From the IMG/VR virus record IMGVR_UViG_3300021400_000034, positions 1 through 64,000 of that record: DNA of 64,000 nucleotides; one strand, written 5' to 3'. Under the pieces are notes generated by a model. It ran no database searches. It saw only the letters and a list, made by a program, of their open reading frames with translations, and was not told where the DNA came from. Each line of letters begins with the position of its first letter. Within the stretch, counting starts at the first letter, position 1. The position numbers were made by a program, and so were the translations under genes. Shown here in pieces: positions 1-8,988 of the stretch. Source of the stretch: a virus (taxonomy: Duplodnaviria; Caudoviricetes).

Positions 1-2
1 GT

Positions 3-2516
3 AAATATGAAAAAGATGATGGGAAGAATGGCCCAGAAGCATTCAATTCAAGAATCTTGGGTTACTCAGAATCAGGTTCGAACGTCAAGTATTATTTGAA
101 CAACTACAAGAACAACATGAACTGGTTCTGTTCGATCCAGCCAGAAGGAAAATGGGACATAGTCGCTAACATCGATAGCATAGGAAAAGATGATAGCATC
201 TATAAGAGAACATTCAACCCAGCTATTCATCGCTCGATGGTCACGATAGTTCCGAGACAGAATGCTGCTCAGATGAAGAATGTGAAGCTAGCAGTGACAA
301 ACTTGGCTAATACGGCAGGATTCTTGAAGAACTACGGCGTCACCACTCAGGCTGGAAGTCAGATACCTCAGTACTTCGGTGAGGACTGGACTGCAAGAAT
401 AGAAGAGATCAAAATTCCGCTGATGAACAGAACGCAGAACCCAGTCTACATGAGCCCTTCGTTCGAAGGTCTCAGCGACACCTCAGGCGTGTACATTCAC
501 GCTGAGCGCGGCGGAGACGGATTCGAAGTTCGCAACAATGATGTAGTACCGAACTGGAAAAATTGTATAAACAACATCGGAAACCTCGAGTCGATGTTCG
601 TATCCATATCCATGATCTCTAATGTGGACGGAAGAAAGAGAGTATACCCGATAACTGTCGAGATCCCTCTAGCTGATCTCTATATTCCTATCTCTTGCAT
701 CTCTGCTGGAGATGTCAATGAAGTGACATGTAGCGAATGCACTCTGGACCTAGCTAACTTCCAAGAGCTAGACGATCAGTACAATACAGTAAAAGTGCGT
801 GATGTCTCTTATTATCCTCTCGTTCCTGCTTACAACGTCGAAGATACTAACAACGTATTGATCGACTATCCTCTGAAGTCTATCTATAACATCGGCGCAA
901 TAGCTGGTATGATAAATCACAGTGAGATACACCTAGGAAACGGATCTCATTGGGATAGCTTCTACAACGAAGAGGGACGTAGACAGAGAAGTGGTAGTGG
1001 ATATAATATGGCTATATGCGGTACACTGAGAGATATACAAGTCTCTTATAGAGACGGTGCTATAGACTTTATCAACAGTCTAATGACATGCAGCGCAGAT
1101 ATTGACAACGAAGGTGATATTTCAGCGGAGAACGACAGAACTATCGCAGTCGCTAACAAGTTCTCGCTCATTGCGCCGATTTACGAATATCACCAGAACG
1201 AGATGGGAACTAGCATAGAGTGCTGCGACTTCTATACAGACTCGCTTCAGAGAATTCCGGGAGCTCAATTTACTAGTTTCATAAATATTGAACTAGTCGG
1301 TACTGAGAGATGGCCTCTCTCAGTCGCAAGCTCTAGAGTCTTTAAACCGTTCATAGAGTGGTGCAACATATCGAACATTCTCGACTATACGAACTTCTTC
1401 GAGAAGAGAATATGGACTGAGCTTGACGATCAGACATTCTATATCCCGTTCCAAGATTCTAACTTCCCAGAGATGCCTCAAATTCTATGGGATACGACGT
1501 GCATGACTGGTAAAGACAAGTACAGCCAAGTCATATACGGCGGAGAAGGCAGTCCAATGGATAGAAATAGTTGGCCAGTTTATAGCGAGACCAGCTATCC
1601 ACCACCAGACCCAGATCAGCACTTGGATCAGATGATCGAGCTTGAAGATCTTCCGGATCTGACTAAATCGATAAGAAGATCGAGAACTAAGACATATCAC
1701 TATCTTCCAAATTACTTGCTTCATGTATTCAATCTGAAGATAAGTGACTCTGGAACGAGCAGAGAATATCCAGCGAAAGTAGTACTTCACATGTCTCCAG
1801 CAGCAGACTCGGTAGCGTCTGACTACAACGACGTGTACATGCAGCTGTTGTCTGGATCTCCTAACTTGGTATTCAGCCGTCTGAATAAGACTTTCATATT
1901 TGCAAATAAGTATAACCAGATAGATCCAAATGCAGAAGATGTGACACAAAATCCTTGGCCAGGAACTGAGATCTTCTACATCTTTAATCTGAACCAGAGC
2001 ATGATAGACTTCTACAATGCTCGTCTAGGAAAACAGGCTGCTGACCGATACTTCACGTGGGACTATGAGCTATCGCCGAGATCCAACTATCCTCTGACGT
2101 TCAACGTCAGATACGAGAACGTTAGCGGTGTCAGAGGTCTGTGGATGCACCAGAACATTCGCGAAGTCGACGAGACAGACTCGAACGTCCGCTATCACAT
2201 GAGAGGCGAGTCGGGATGCTTAAACGACGGATCGAACGTCGCTCTGGGCTACATGCCGTCTGACGAGTCTCTTGTGCAGATCATGAACACTCGCGAGCGC
2301 GGAAAATATGATGAAGGAGTCGCAGTCTCCGGAAGAGACTATCAGGGCATAGTTCTATTCGACAGCAGCGGAAACTTGGTGGTCGCTTTCGACAGCCAGA
2401 ACGGAAGAGACATAGACTGCGAAGCCGTCGTCTACGAGCTGCCGAGAAAAGCTGATCTAGTCGACGACGGTGAGAGGAGAACTTACGGACTGTTGACGAG
2501 AATCGAGGCTGAGTGA
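3..2516 (+). CDS. Large hypothetical protein, probably virion structural; 5'-truncated by the window edge
   Basis: Frame is open from position 3 to TGA at 2516; over 819 aa, N/D/S/Y-rich, no recognised motif. Confidence 0.6.
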   Translation, partial: KYEKDDGKNGPEAFNSRILGYSESGSNVKYYLNNYKNNMNWFCSIQPEGKWDIVANIDSIGKDDSIYKRTFNPAIHRSMVTIVPRQNAAQMKNVKLAVTNLANTAGFLKNYGVTTQAGSQIPQYFGEDWTARIEEIKIPLMNRTQNPVYMSPSFEGLSDTSGVYIHAERGGDGFEVRNNDVVPNWKNCINNIGNLESMFVSISMISNVDGRKRVYPITVEIPLADLYIPISCISAGDVNEVTCSECTLDLANFQELDDQYNTVKVRDVSYYPLVPAYNVEDTNNVLIDYPLKSIYNIGAIAGMINHSEIHLGNGSHWDSFYNEEGRRQRSGSGYNMAICGTLRDIQVSYRDGAIDFINSLMTCSADIDNEGDISAENDRTIAVANKFSLIAPIYEYHQNEMGTSIECCDFYTDSLQRIPGAQFTSFINIELVGTERWPLSVASSRVFKPFIEWCNISNILDYTNFFEKRIWTELDDQTFYIPFQDSNFPEMPQILWDTTCMTGKDKYSQVIYGGEGSPMDRNSWPVYSETSYPPPDPDQHLDQMIELEDLPDLTKSIRRSRTKTYHYLPNYLLHVFNLKISDSGTSREYPAKVVLHMSPAADSVASDYNDVYMQLLSGSPNLVFSRLNKTFIFANKYNQIDPNAEDVTQNPWPGTEIFYIFNLNQSMIDFYNARLGKQAADRYFTWDYELSPRSNYPLTFNVRYENVSGVRGLWMHQNIREVDETDSNVRYHMRGESGCLNDGSNVALGYMPSDESLVQIMNTRERGKYDEGVAVSGRDYQGIVLFDSSGNLVVAFDSQNGRDIDCEAVVYELPRKADLVDDGERRTYGLLTRIEAE

Positions 2517-3232
2517 TGAAGTACAGAGCATATCCAGAGTTTATCGACTACCTCTTCTCCGAGAGATCGAAGACTGACTGCTACGGAGACTTGAGAGCGT
2601 ATCTGACGAAGAGCGGAAGCTACGAGACGTTCGAGCCAACTGGAGACGAGCCTGGCTATCCTTTCGCTGACGTGAGCGCCCGGTTCTTCTACGAGGGAAC
2701 AGACTTCGACTACCAGTCCACACGCATGGACTCTCGTCCGAGAACTTCAGACAGCAACGCGCTGACGAGCGAGACAGACGGAACATACGAAGAAGTCTTC
2801 AACATTCCTGCGAAGACGCTGCTGAGAGACGATCCGAGCCTGAGAAACGAGTACGTCAAGCAAGTCATCTGGAAAGCCGAGCAGAACGAGTGGGTCAATC
2901 CGCCCGATAATCTCACCGAAGAGACGAAGGAAGACATCAACAGGCTCCAGCGCGACATACCGCTGTCCTCTGGGTACGAAGAGAAAGAGTACGACATGTT
3001 CGGAATTCCTCTCACGTTCTTGAACGACAGCCCGGTCTCCGTCCGAGCTGACGATCTAGTCTCCTCCGGCGGAAGGATCCAGCTAGCCGCTGGATGTCTG
3101 ATAGGAGTTCAGAAGTCGCAAGACGAAGTCGACAGCCTGTACCCGATAGGCTTCATCGACTTCGAGAGCGTCATGCCCTGCACGCGATACGAAGTGAAGT
3201 TCGATCCCCAAGGCTTCTTGCAGCTGATGTAG
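2513..3232 (+). CDS. Hypothetical protein (239 aa)
   Basis: ORF overlapping the upstream stop; codon usage like neighbouring phage genes. Confidence 0.7.
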   Translation: MMKYRAYPEFIDYLFSERSKTDCYGDLRAYLTKSGSYETFEPTGDEPGYPFADVSARFFYEGTDFDYQSTRMDSRPRTSDSNALTSETDGTYEEVFNIPAKTLLRDDPSLRNEYVKQVIWKAEQNEWVNPPDNLTEETKEDINRLQRDIPLSSGYEEKEYDMFGIPLTFLNDSPVSVRADDLVSSGGRIQLAAGCLIGVQKSQDEVDSLYPIGFIDFESVMPCTRYEVKFDPQGFLQLM

Positions 3233-3237
3233 CGTTA

Positions 3238-3483
3238 TTAGTCGCAGTCGTAGTAGGTTATGAAAGCGACTCGATTGCAGGATTCGACGGTCTTGCACTT
3301 AGTCTGTTTGAGATACTCGCTCTTGTACTTAGCAGCGTCGCCGTAGAGAACGTCAAAGCTGTCGATCATCATCTGCTTCTCGACGCAGATCTGATAATCG
3401 TCTTCTGGAGCAGCCGGAAGATTGCAGCCCGTGATCATGAGACCAGCGAGGAGAACGAGGAGGATGGAGACGATCTTTTTCAT
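3238..3483 (-). CDS. Small lipoprotein
   Basis: MKK, hydrophobic stretch and lipobox ITG-C20; CAACAAGGACC leader and TATATT -10 upstream on the minus strand. Confidence 0.75.
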   Translation of the reverse strand: MKKIVSILLVLLAGLMITGCNLPAAPEDDYQICVEKQMMIDSFDVLYGDAAKYKSEYLKQTKCKTVESCNRVAFITYYDCD

Positions 3484-3659
3484 TTTGTAGGTCCTTGTTG
3501 TTTCTTACACAGTAAATATAAGATTTCTCTGACCGACTCATGAGAGAAATCTCAATTTTTCTTGAAAATCTCAATTGCGCAAATGGAATGCTATTTGTAA
3601 CTGAACTGTAACTTTTCGTTTACAAAGGCGCTCTATCTCTGAAGACTCACGTGTAACGT

Positions 3660-4230
3660 TCAACGCATCGCGCTTTGCGCGAGCGTGCTCAGCGAGCTGA
3701 GCAGATTCAATTTTGAATACATTTTGCCATTGTTTTTGTCAGAGTCTCTGCGAGATTCTTCCGGTCTCCTGAGCGGAGACAATAAGCCTAGCCAGACTCA
3801 TCATCTCCGCTCAGGAAACCGTAAGAACCTTTTTCTTCCGTATATCCCTCGCTTTCGACGAACAAGGACTGCTTCTAGATGAGCTTACGGGGTCGGTCAT
3901 CCTGTACTCCCGGCTGTATCTCATCGCGTCATGGCGGCTGAGTGCAGAAGGCGCTACCCTTCTGCTTCGATGTCGACGTTTCCCAGCTCTCGCCGAGACT
4001 TGCGCTCAAGAATCTGTAGAATTCTTCCTCTTTCGAGGCCAGCCGTCAACTTTGACTGGAGAGACGCCTCCGGTGCCGATACTCACATTGGGTTGCTGTT
4101 CGTTCCCCGAAGGATTTCCGAAATGTCTTTCTGGCCCGATAACCCAGAACGGGAACAACTTGTTTTATCTGCTTTATCTGTTATATCTGTTGGTTTCGAT
4201 CTGTTAGACCGACTTTCCAAATATATATAC
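3660..4230 (-). ncRNA. Candidate large structured non-coding RNA
   Basis: No credible ORF; 24-bp stem 3756-3779/3804-3827; 8-bp stem 3944-3965; minus-strand GAAA (4027-4038) and C(UUCG)G (4105-4114) tetraloop hairpins; boundaries approximate. Confidence 0.55.
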
Positions 4231-4315
4231 AAGTCGGACCACTAAAAATTCGCTTCTCTGAGCGTTTTTAGTGTAAAACTTTCTTTACAAAGTTCTAAAA
4301 ATTGAAGAGTTGCTC

Positions 4316-4323
4316 TATAAATA
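4316..4323 (+). promoter_or_regulatory. T4-type late promoter
   Basis: TATAAATA 20 nt before an SD+ATG. Confidence 0.75.
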
Positions 4324-4342
4324 TCAAAAATATGGAGAAACT

Positions 4343-4543
4343 ATGACAAGATTTGTACTGACTGGCACTGTCAAGAACCCTAGCGCTCTCAGAATGCTCA
4401 GAGAAGATCAGATCTACTCGGGTACCATCGAAGAGAAGATCTCTAAGCTCAACCTGGAGATCGAGAGGATCGAGACTGTCGGCGACGAAGTCACTTACTA
4501 TCTGAAAGAATCAACATCTGGACCTAAGCTCCTGTGCGACTGA
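4343..4543 (+). CDS. Small hypothetical late protein
   Basis: ATG at 4343 after GGAG SD and a late promoter. Confidence 0.65.
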   Translation: MTRFVLTGTVKNPSALRMLREDQIYSGTIEEKISKLNLEIERIETVGDEVTYYLKESTSGPKLLCD

Positions 4544-4557
4544 ATGAGGAAATCTGA

Positions 4558-5055
4558 ATGAAATTCTACATTGGAAATGGCGGTGCAAAGAATCCTGGTC
4601 TTGTAGCTCTGATTAGGCTAGTGATCTGGAACATCGTAGAAAACGATCATCTGAACGTTTCGACCGACTACGTCAAAGACGTTGACAGCGACGGCGAAGG
4701 CATCTATATCGAACTCGATCCTAAGGGCAAGTTCGAGCCAGCGATTCCGGAGCATCTTCTTCCTACGGTTTTGAAGCAGCTCACGAAAAAGCTCGCGAAG
4801 GAGATCCCGTCGTGCATTGACGGCATCATGAAGAACGCTCAGTCCGAAGGCGAAGATCCTAAATCCTATCTCGAAAGCATAGTGAACGGCGGAGATGAAG
4901 AATCTGGACTATTTCCAGTCGACAACGCTAACTATGAGCTAGGAGACGAGAAGCTCGCTGCTGAACTGCTCGAAAAAGCCATGGGCATGGATCTCGCCGA
5001 GTCCTTGGACATTCTGCTCAGAAGCGGTGTCAGGGTAGTCAAGACGAAATCGTAA
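4558..5055 (+). CDS. Hypothetical protein with C-terminal MDLAESLDILLRSGVRV helix motif
   Basis: GAGG SD; 165 aa ORF. Confidence 0.7.
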   Translation: MKFYIGNGGAKNPGLVALIRLVIWNIVENDHLNVSTDYVKDVDSDGEGIYIELDPKGKFEPAIPEHLLPTVLKQLTKKLAKEIPSCIDGIMKNAQSEGEDPKSYLESIVNGGDEESGLFPVDNANYELGDEKLAAELLEKAMGMDLAESLDILLRSGVRVVKTKS

Positions 5056-5104
5056 AACCTGGATAAATAAGTAAATTTCTAGAACTCTACAAGGAGAATC
5101 ATAT

Positions 5105-5329
5105 ATGATCACTAACTCAACAGATGCAACTATCGACAGCAACGACTTCATCATCCAGTCTATGCGCAAGCTAAAGCAGCGCTTGGACATCGAGATCGAA
5201 GAAGTGAAGAACTACAAGATTCCTGAAGGACTCCAAGGTTCTGCTCTCGCTTCTGAGAAGGCTTACCGTCAGGGAGCTCTCGACGAAGTCGTCAAGTTCC
5301 GCCAGTTCATCAAAGACATGGGCGTGTAA
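5105..5329 (+). CDS. Small hypothetical protein
   Basis: AGGAG SD; GGATAAATA upstream; followed by a terminator. Confidence 0.7.
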   Translation: MITNSTDATIDSNDFIIQSMRKLKQRLDIEIEEVKNYKIPEGLQGSALASEKAYRQGALDEVVKFRQFIKDMGV

Positions 5330-5364
5330 CTGAAACTTTACAAAGTCTACAGATTGCAACCTGT

Positions 5365-5394
5365 GAACCGCTCGAAAGAGCGGTTCTCTTTTTT
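5365..5394 (+). terminator. Rho-independent terminator
   Basis: GAACCGCTC-GAAA-GAGCGGTTC followed by a T tract. Confidence 0.8.
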
Positions 5395-5409
5395 GTTGCT
5401 ATATTTAAA

Positions 5410-8400
5410 GTGATTATGTATAAGAACGTCTATTACGATCGCGAGTCGAACACCATCTTCGAACGCGAAGTCGGTGACCAAGAGTATAAGAAGCATCCAT
5501 ACACATTCAAGTATTTTATGCCTGATCCGACAGGCCAGAGTCCTATTCGAGACTGCTTCGGAGTCCCGATGAAAGAGGTGGTCTGTCGCACAAAGGACGA
5601 CTATTCTATCTACCGCGTAATGGCGAAGAAGATGAGGCTGGCGGAGTCGGACCTGAAGCCACCTGTGAAGTATATCCATGAGAAGTATGACACAGCTGAG
5701 CTCACTTACGAAGAGTATAAAGACTACCGCATCGCCTTCTACGACATCGAGACGCAGACATCACGCCGCTACTACCTCAACAAAGAGGTGAAGCTGCGAC
5801 TGATCGAGGACGGTCACGAAGAGACGATGACTCTCTACCAGTTCGAGCACACATGCAAGACGAGAAAGTGGGAGATCTGGGACATCGTCCAGAACAAGTG
5901 GCGCAAGTACTACGACAGCTGCTTCATAAATCAGGAGTTCCCGAACCCAGAAGAGGCGAACTATCCGATCAACCTGATCACGGTCTACTCGACCGTCACC
6001 AACAAGAGCTACACTTGGGGCTTGGAGCCGTACAACGGAAACTCTCCAGACGTGACCAACTACAAGTGGTTCGAGTCCGAGCTAGAGATGATGAAAGACT
6101 TCTACGTATGGTTCTTCCAGCAGAAGTTCGACATCCTGACTGGATGGAACTCAGAGAAGTTCGATGACGCTTACATCATCGGCCGAATGCAGAAGATCCA
6201 GCGAGAGAACGGCGTCAAGCACGACTATACGAGACTGCTGTCTCCGTTGAAGCTGCCGCCGCAGAAGCGTCCGATCACGGACGACAAAGGAAAAGTCACT
6301 GGCTATCATTTCTCGTCGCCGGGTCTCTACATGATCGACTATCTGGCGCTCTACAAGTTCATCGGGTTCGTGAAGAACTCGCCGTCTTGGAAGCTCGACT
6401 ACATCGGCCAGAAAGAGACTGGAGAAGGAAAGGTCAAGCTAGAGTACGGTCTCACCGAGCACTACATCAAAGACTACACGACCTACGTCGAGTACAACGT
6501 GCAGGACGTGCGCCTGATGGTGAAGATCGAAGAGAAGAAGCGTCTGTGGCCGACCACGATCGCGTACGCAAATGAAGCTCTGATCACGCTAGACTCGGTC
6601 TTCGCTATGACGGCTGCTCATGACGGCTACATCATGAAGTTCCTGCATGCGCAGAATCAGGTCTACAACGACCGATACGAGAAGCCGAAGGACTGGTGGC
6701 ACGACGAGGGCTACTTCAAGAAAGACTTGGGCGGCGGAATAATCGAGTATCAGAACTGCCGTCCGGAATCTCCGACATCGTTCGAGCCGTATGAAGTGAA
6801 AGCTGGCTACTGCTACGCGGACCCCGGACGCTACCAGCACAACATGAGCGGCGACATCACGTCGTCCTATCCTAATCACATCATCATGTACAACATCTCT
6901 CCAGAGACTCGCGTCATCAAGCCGAGCAAAGAAGACATCGAGTCCGGAAGAGTCATCCGCTCAGAAGTCAACGGAGTCGGATTCATCAACAACGACACCG
7001 CTATTCTGCCGTCCGTCGTCTCCAAGATATTCGACGAACGTCTCAAGTTCAAGCTGCTCATGCAGGACGCTGAGAAGAAGGGAGACAAGATCGCTGCCGA
7101 TCGCTACCGCACGCTGCAGCTCACCCGTAAGAAGCTCATCAACTCTCTATACGGCGCTTGCCTCTATTCGCAGTTCCACCTCTTCAATATCGACTGCGCA
7201 CGATCTATCACCCGTTGCGCACGCGTCACTATCCGCTATCTCAAGGACAACACGGACCGCTACTACCGCTCTCCGCAGATCCTCAAAGATTCGATGGAGT
7301 TCTTCCCCGTCATCAAGATCAACACCAAGTGGTACAAGAAGGAAGACGAAGTCGAGACGGATCAGGGAAAGATTCTCGCTAAAGACATCACGACCGTTAA
7401 CACTATCGACGGAAAGCCAGTCTCAGTATTCGTCAACGATCTAACTAAGAAGGAATGCCTAGTTCCTATCAAGAAGATCACGACAAAGCGCATCATAAAC
7501 ATCGTCTACGACGGCGAGTGCCACTATTTCAAACCTGGCGACGAAGTAGAGTTCGAGTTCAAAGGAAAGAAGACGAAGATGAAGCTAGGAGTCAAAGATG
7601 GCGGTGCAAGATTCACTGGAGACGAGACGATCTTGGACGAAGTCAAGGCCGTCTTCCATCACCAAGATGGCGACACTATCTCTGGCTTCGATCTCTGCCG
7701 TGGTGCTATCATAAACGGACGTCCTATCGACAACGTGAACGTGATCGAGCGTCCTGTCAAGTTCGTCAACAGAGCATCCGTTGTCGTTCAAGTTGACACG
7801 GACTCCAACTACTACTGCTTCGATGAGCACAAGATAGGACTATTCCCGTACATGGACGACATGGAGTGGTTCTACTGCATGGAGAAGCAGATGAACTGGT
7901 TCTGGAAGAAGATTCTGGACATTAAGGCCGAGAAGAACAAGATGCACAACCGCATCGTGTTCACTCGTGAGAATATGTTCTCGAACTTCATCTCTTACGG
8001 CAAGAAGCTCTATCTCGGATCCGTCGTTGACAAGGACGGCAAGTTCTTCGGCTACGAGGAAGATCCTAACAAGCATCTGAAGATCCAGGGCCTCATTCTG
8101 AAGAAGGCTGAGTTCCCGCCGTTCTGTCAGGACTACGCAGTCAAGATCACGGCTGCCGTTCTGCTCGGTCAGGACAAGGAAGAGACGACACGACAGATTC
8201 AGGACGCTTACGTGAAGTTCAAAGAGTGCAAGCCTGAGGACATCTCAGCTGCACGCACTATCGGCGACCTGTCTGTGATGCCTCACGAAATGGACTGGTA
8301 CGTAGATCACGGTCTGTCCTATCCGGAGCGCATTCACTACGCTGCGAAGATTGCTGTCAACTTCAACTACGTTAACCTCAAAGAGAAGCTCGGATATGAC

Positions 8401-8652
8401 CAGTTGCAGCGTGGATCAAAGGGAAAATATCTCTTCCTCTATCCTCGAAACAAATATGGATTCGACCAGATCGCTTTCGAGAAATGGCCAAAGGAATTCA
8501 ACGATATGTTCGAGATCGACTACGACACTACGTTCGAGAAGTTCTTCATGTCAAACTTCCACGCGCTGTTCGAGGTCATCGGCTGGGCAGACTCACGAAA
8601 AGACTACATCGAGTACAAGATGACGAAGGCTAAGAAGAAATTCCTTAGATAA
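5410..8652 (+). CDS. 43: Family B DNA polymerase (T4 gp43-like) with insertions
   Basis: ExoI YDIET, ExoII GWNSEKFD, ExoIII YNVQD, motif A DITSSYP, motif B KKLINSLYG, motif C DTDS, KKLY. Confidence 0.95.
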   Translation: MIMYKNVYYDRESNTIFEREVGDQEYKKHPYTFKYFMPDPTGQSPIRDCFGVPMKEVVCRTKDDYSIYRVMAKKMRLAESDLKPPVKYIHEKYDTAELTYEEYKDYRIAFYDIETQTSRRYYLNKEVKLRLIEDGHEETMTLYQFEHTCKTRKWEIWDIVQNKWRKYYDSCFINQEFPNPEEANYPINLITVYSTVTNKSYTWGLEPYNGNSPDVTNYKWFESELEMMKDFYVWFFQQKFDILTGWNSEKFDDAYIIGRMQKIQRENGVKHDYTRLLSPLKLPPQKRPITDDKGKVTGYHFSSPGLYMIDYLALYKFIGFVKNSPSWKLDYIGQKETGEGKVKLEYGLTEHYIKDYTTYVEYNVQDVRLMVKIEEKKRLWPTTIAYANEALITLDSVFAMTAAHDGYIMKFLHAQNQVYNDRYEKPKDWWHDEGYFKKDLGGGIIEYQNCRPESPTSFEPYEVKAGYCYADPGRYQHNMSGDITSSYPNHIIMYNISPETRVIKPSKEDIESGRVIRSEVNGVGFINNDTAILPSVVSKIFDERLKFKLLMQDAEKKGDKIAADRYRTLQLTRKKLINSLYGACLYSQFHLFNIDCARSITRCARVTIRYLKDNTDRYYRSPQILKDSMEFFPVIKINTKWYKKEDEVETDQGKILAKDITTVNTIDGKPVSVFVNDLTKKECLVPIKKITTKRIINIVYDGECHYFKPGDEVEFEFKGKKTKMKLGVKDGGARFTGDETILDEVKAVFHHQDGDTISGFDLCRGAIINGRPIDNVNVIERPVKFVNRASVVVQVDTDSNYYCFDEHKIGLFPYMDDMEWFYCMEKQMNWFWKKILDIKAEKNKMHNRIVFTRENMFSNFISYGKKLYLGSVVDKDGKFFGYEEDPNKHLKIQGLILKKAEFPPFCQDYAVKITAAVLLGQDKEETTRQIQDAYVKFKECKPEDISAARTIGDLSVMPHEMDWYVDHGLSYPERIHYAAKIAVNFNYVNLKEKLGYDQLQRGSKGKYLFLYPRNKYGFDQIAFEKWPKEFNDMFEIDYDTTFEKFFMSNFHALFEVIGWADSRKDYIEYKMTKAKKKFLR

Positions 8653-8664
8653 TGGCATCTGGAG

Positions 8665-8964
8665 GTGAGAGAAATGGAAAGTCCGAATTATGTCAAGATC
8701 GATATAACAAAGATAAAGGATTTTACAAAGAATATCATTCTGAGAACTGGTCCAATCATAGCAGCGACTCGGCCGCTTGTATGGAACAAGAAACTGAAGC
8801 GATATGTTGAAGGGCACGTGACTGGATCAGTCACGAACTATGACGGCCGTGTGACTAAATTCTCATCGGACAAACAAGCGATAAGAGTGATTGCCAATGA
8901 GAGAGCTCGTTGGCACTATTACAAGTCGTTCTCTTACCGTTTCGCTCCGGAAGAATGGCCATAA
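8665..8964 (+). CDS. Hypothetical basic protein
   Basis: ORF between pol and uvsW with GGAGG SD. Confidence 0.55.
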   Translation: MREMESPNYVKIDITKIKDFTKNIILRTGPIIAATRPLVWNKKLKRYVEGHVTGSVTNYDGRVTKFSSDKQAIRVIANERARWHYYKSFSYRFAPEEWP

Positions 8965-8988
8965 ATAGAGAAACTGAAGGTAAGTAAA

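Noticed and set aside
3660-4230. RNase P, tmRNA or group I/II intron identity for the structured region
   Set aside because: No GAGGAAAGUCC/P4 pairing, no tRNA-like 3' end with CCA, no recognisable P7 or domain V, and no interrupted host gene
3931-4245. 104-aa plus-strand ORF (and 3685..3882)
   Set aside because: No SD, atypical S/R/L-rich composition; coincides with the minus-strand structured element
7280-7780. Functional intein in the DNA polymerase
   Set aside because: No N-terminal C/S block A and no HN-C/S/T junction
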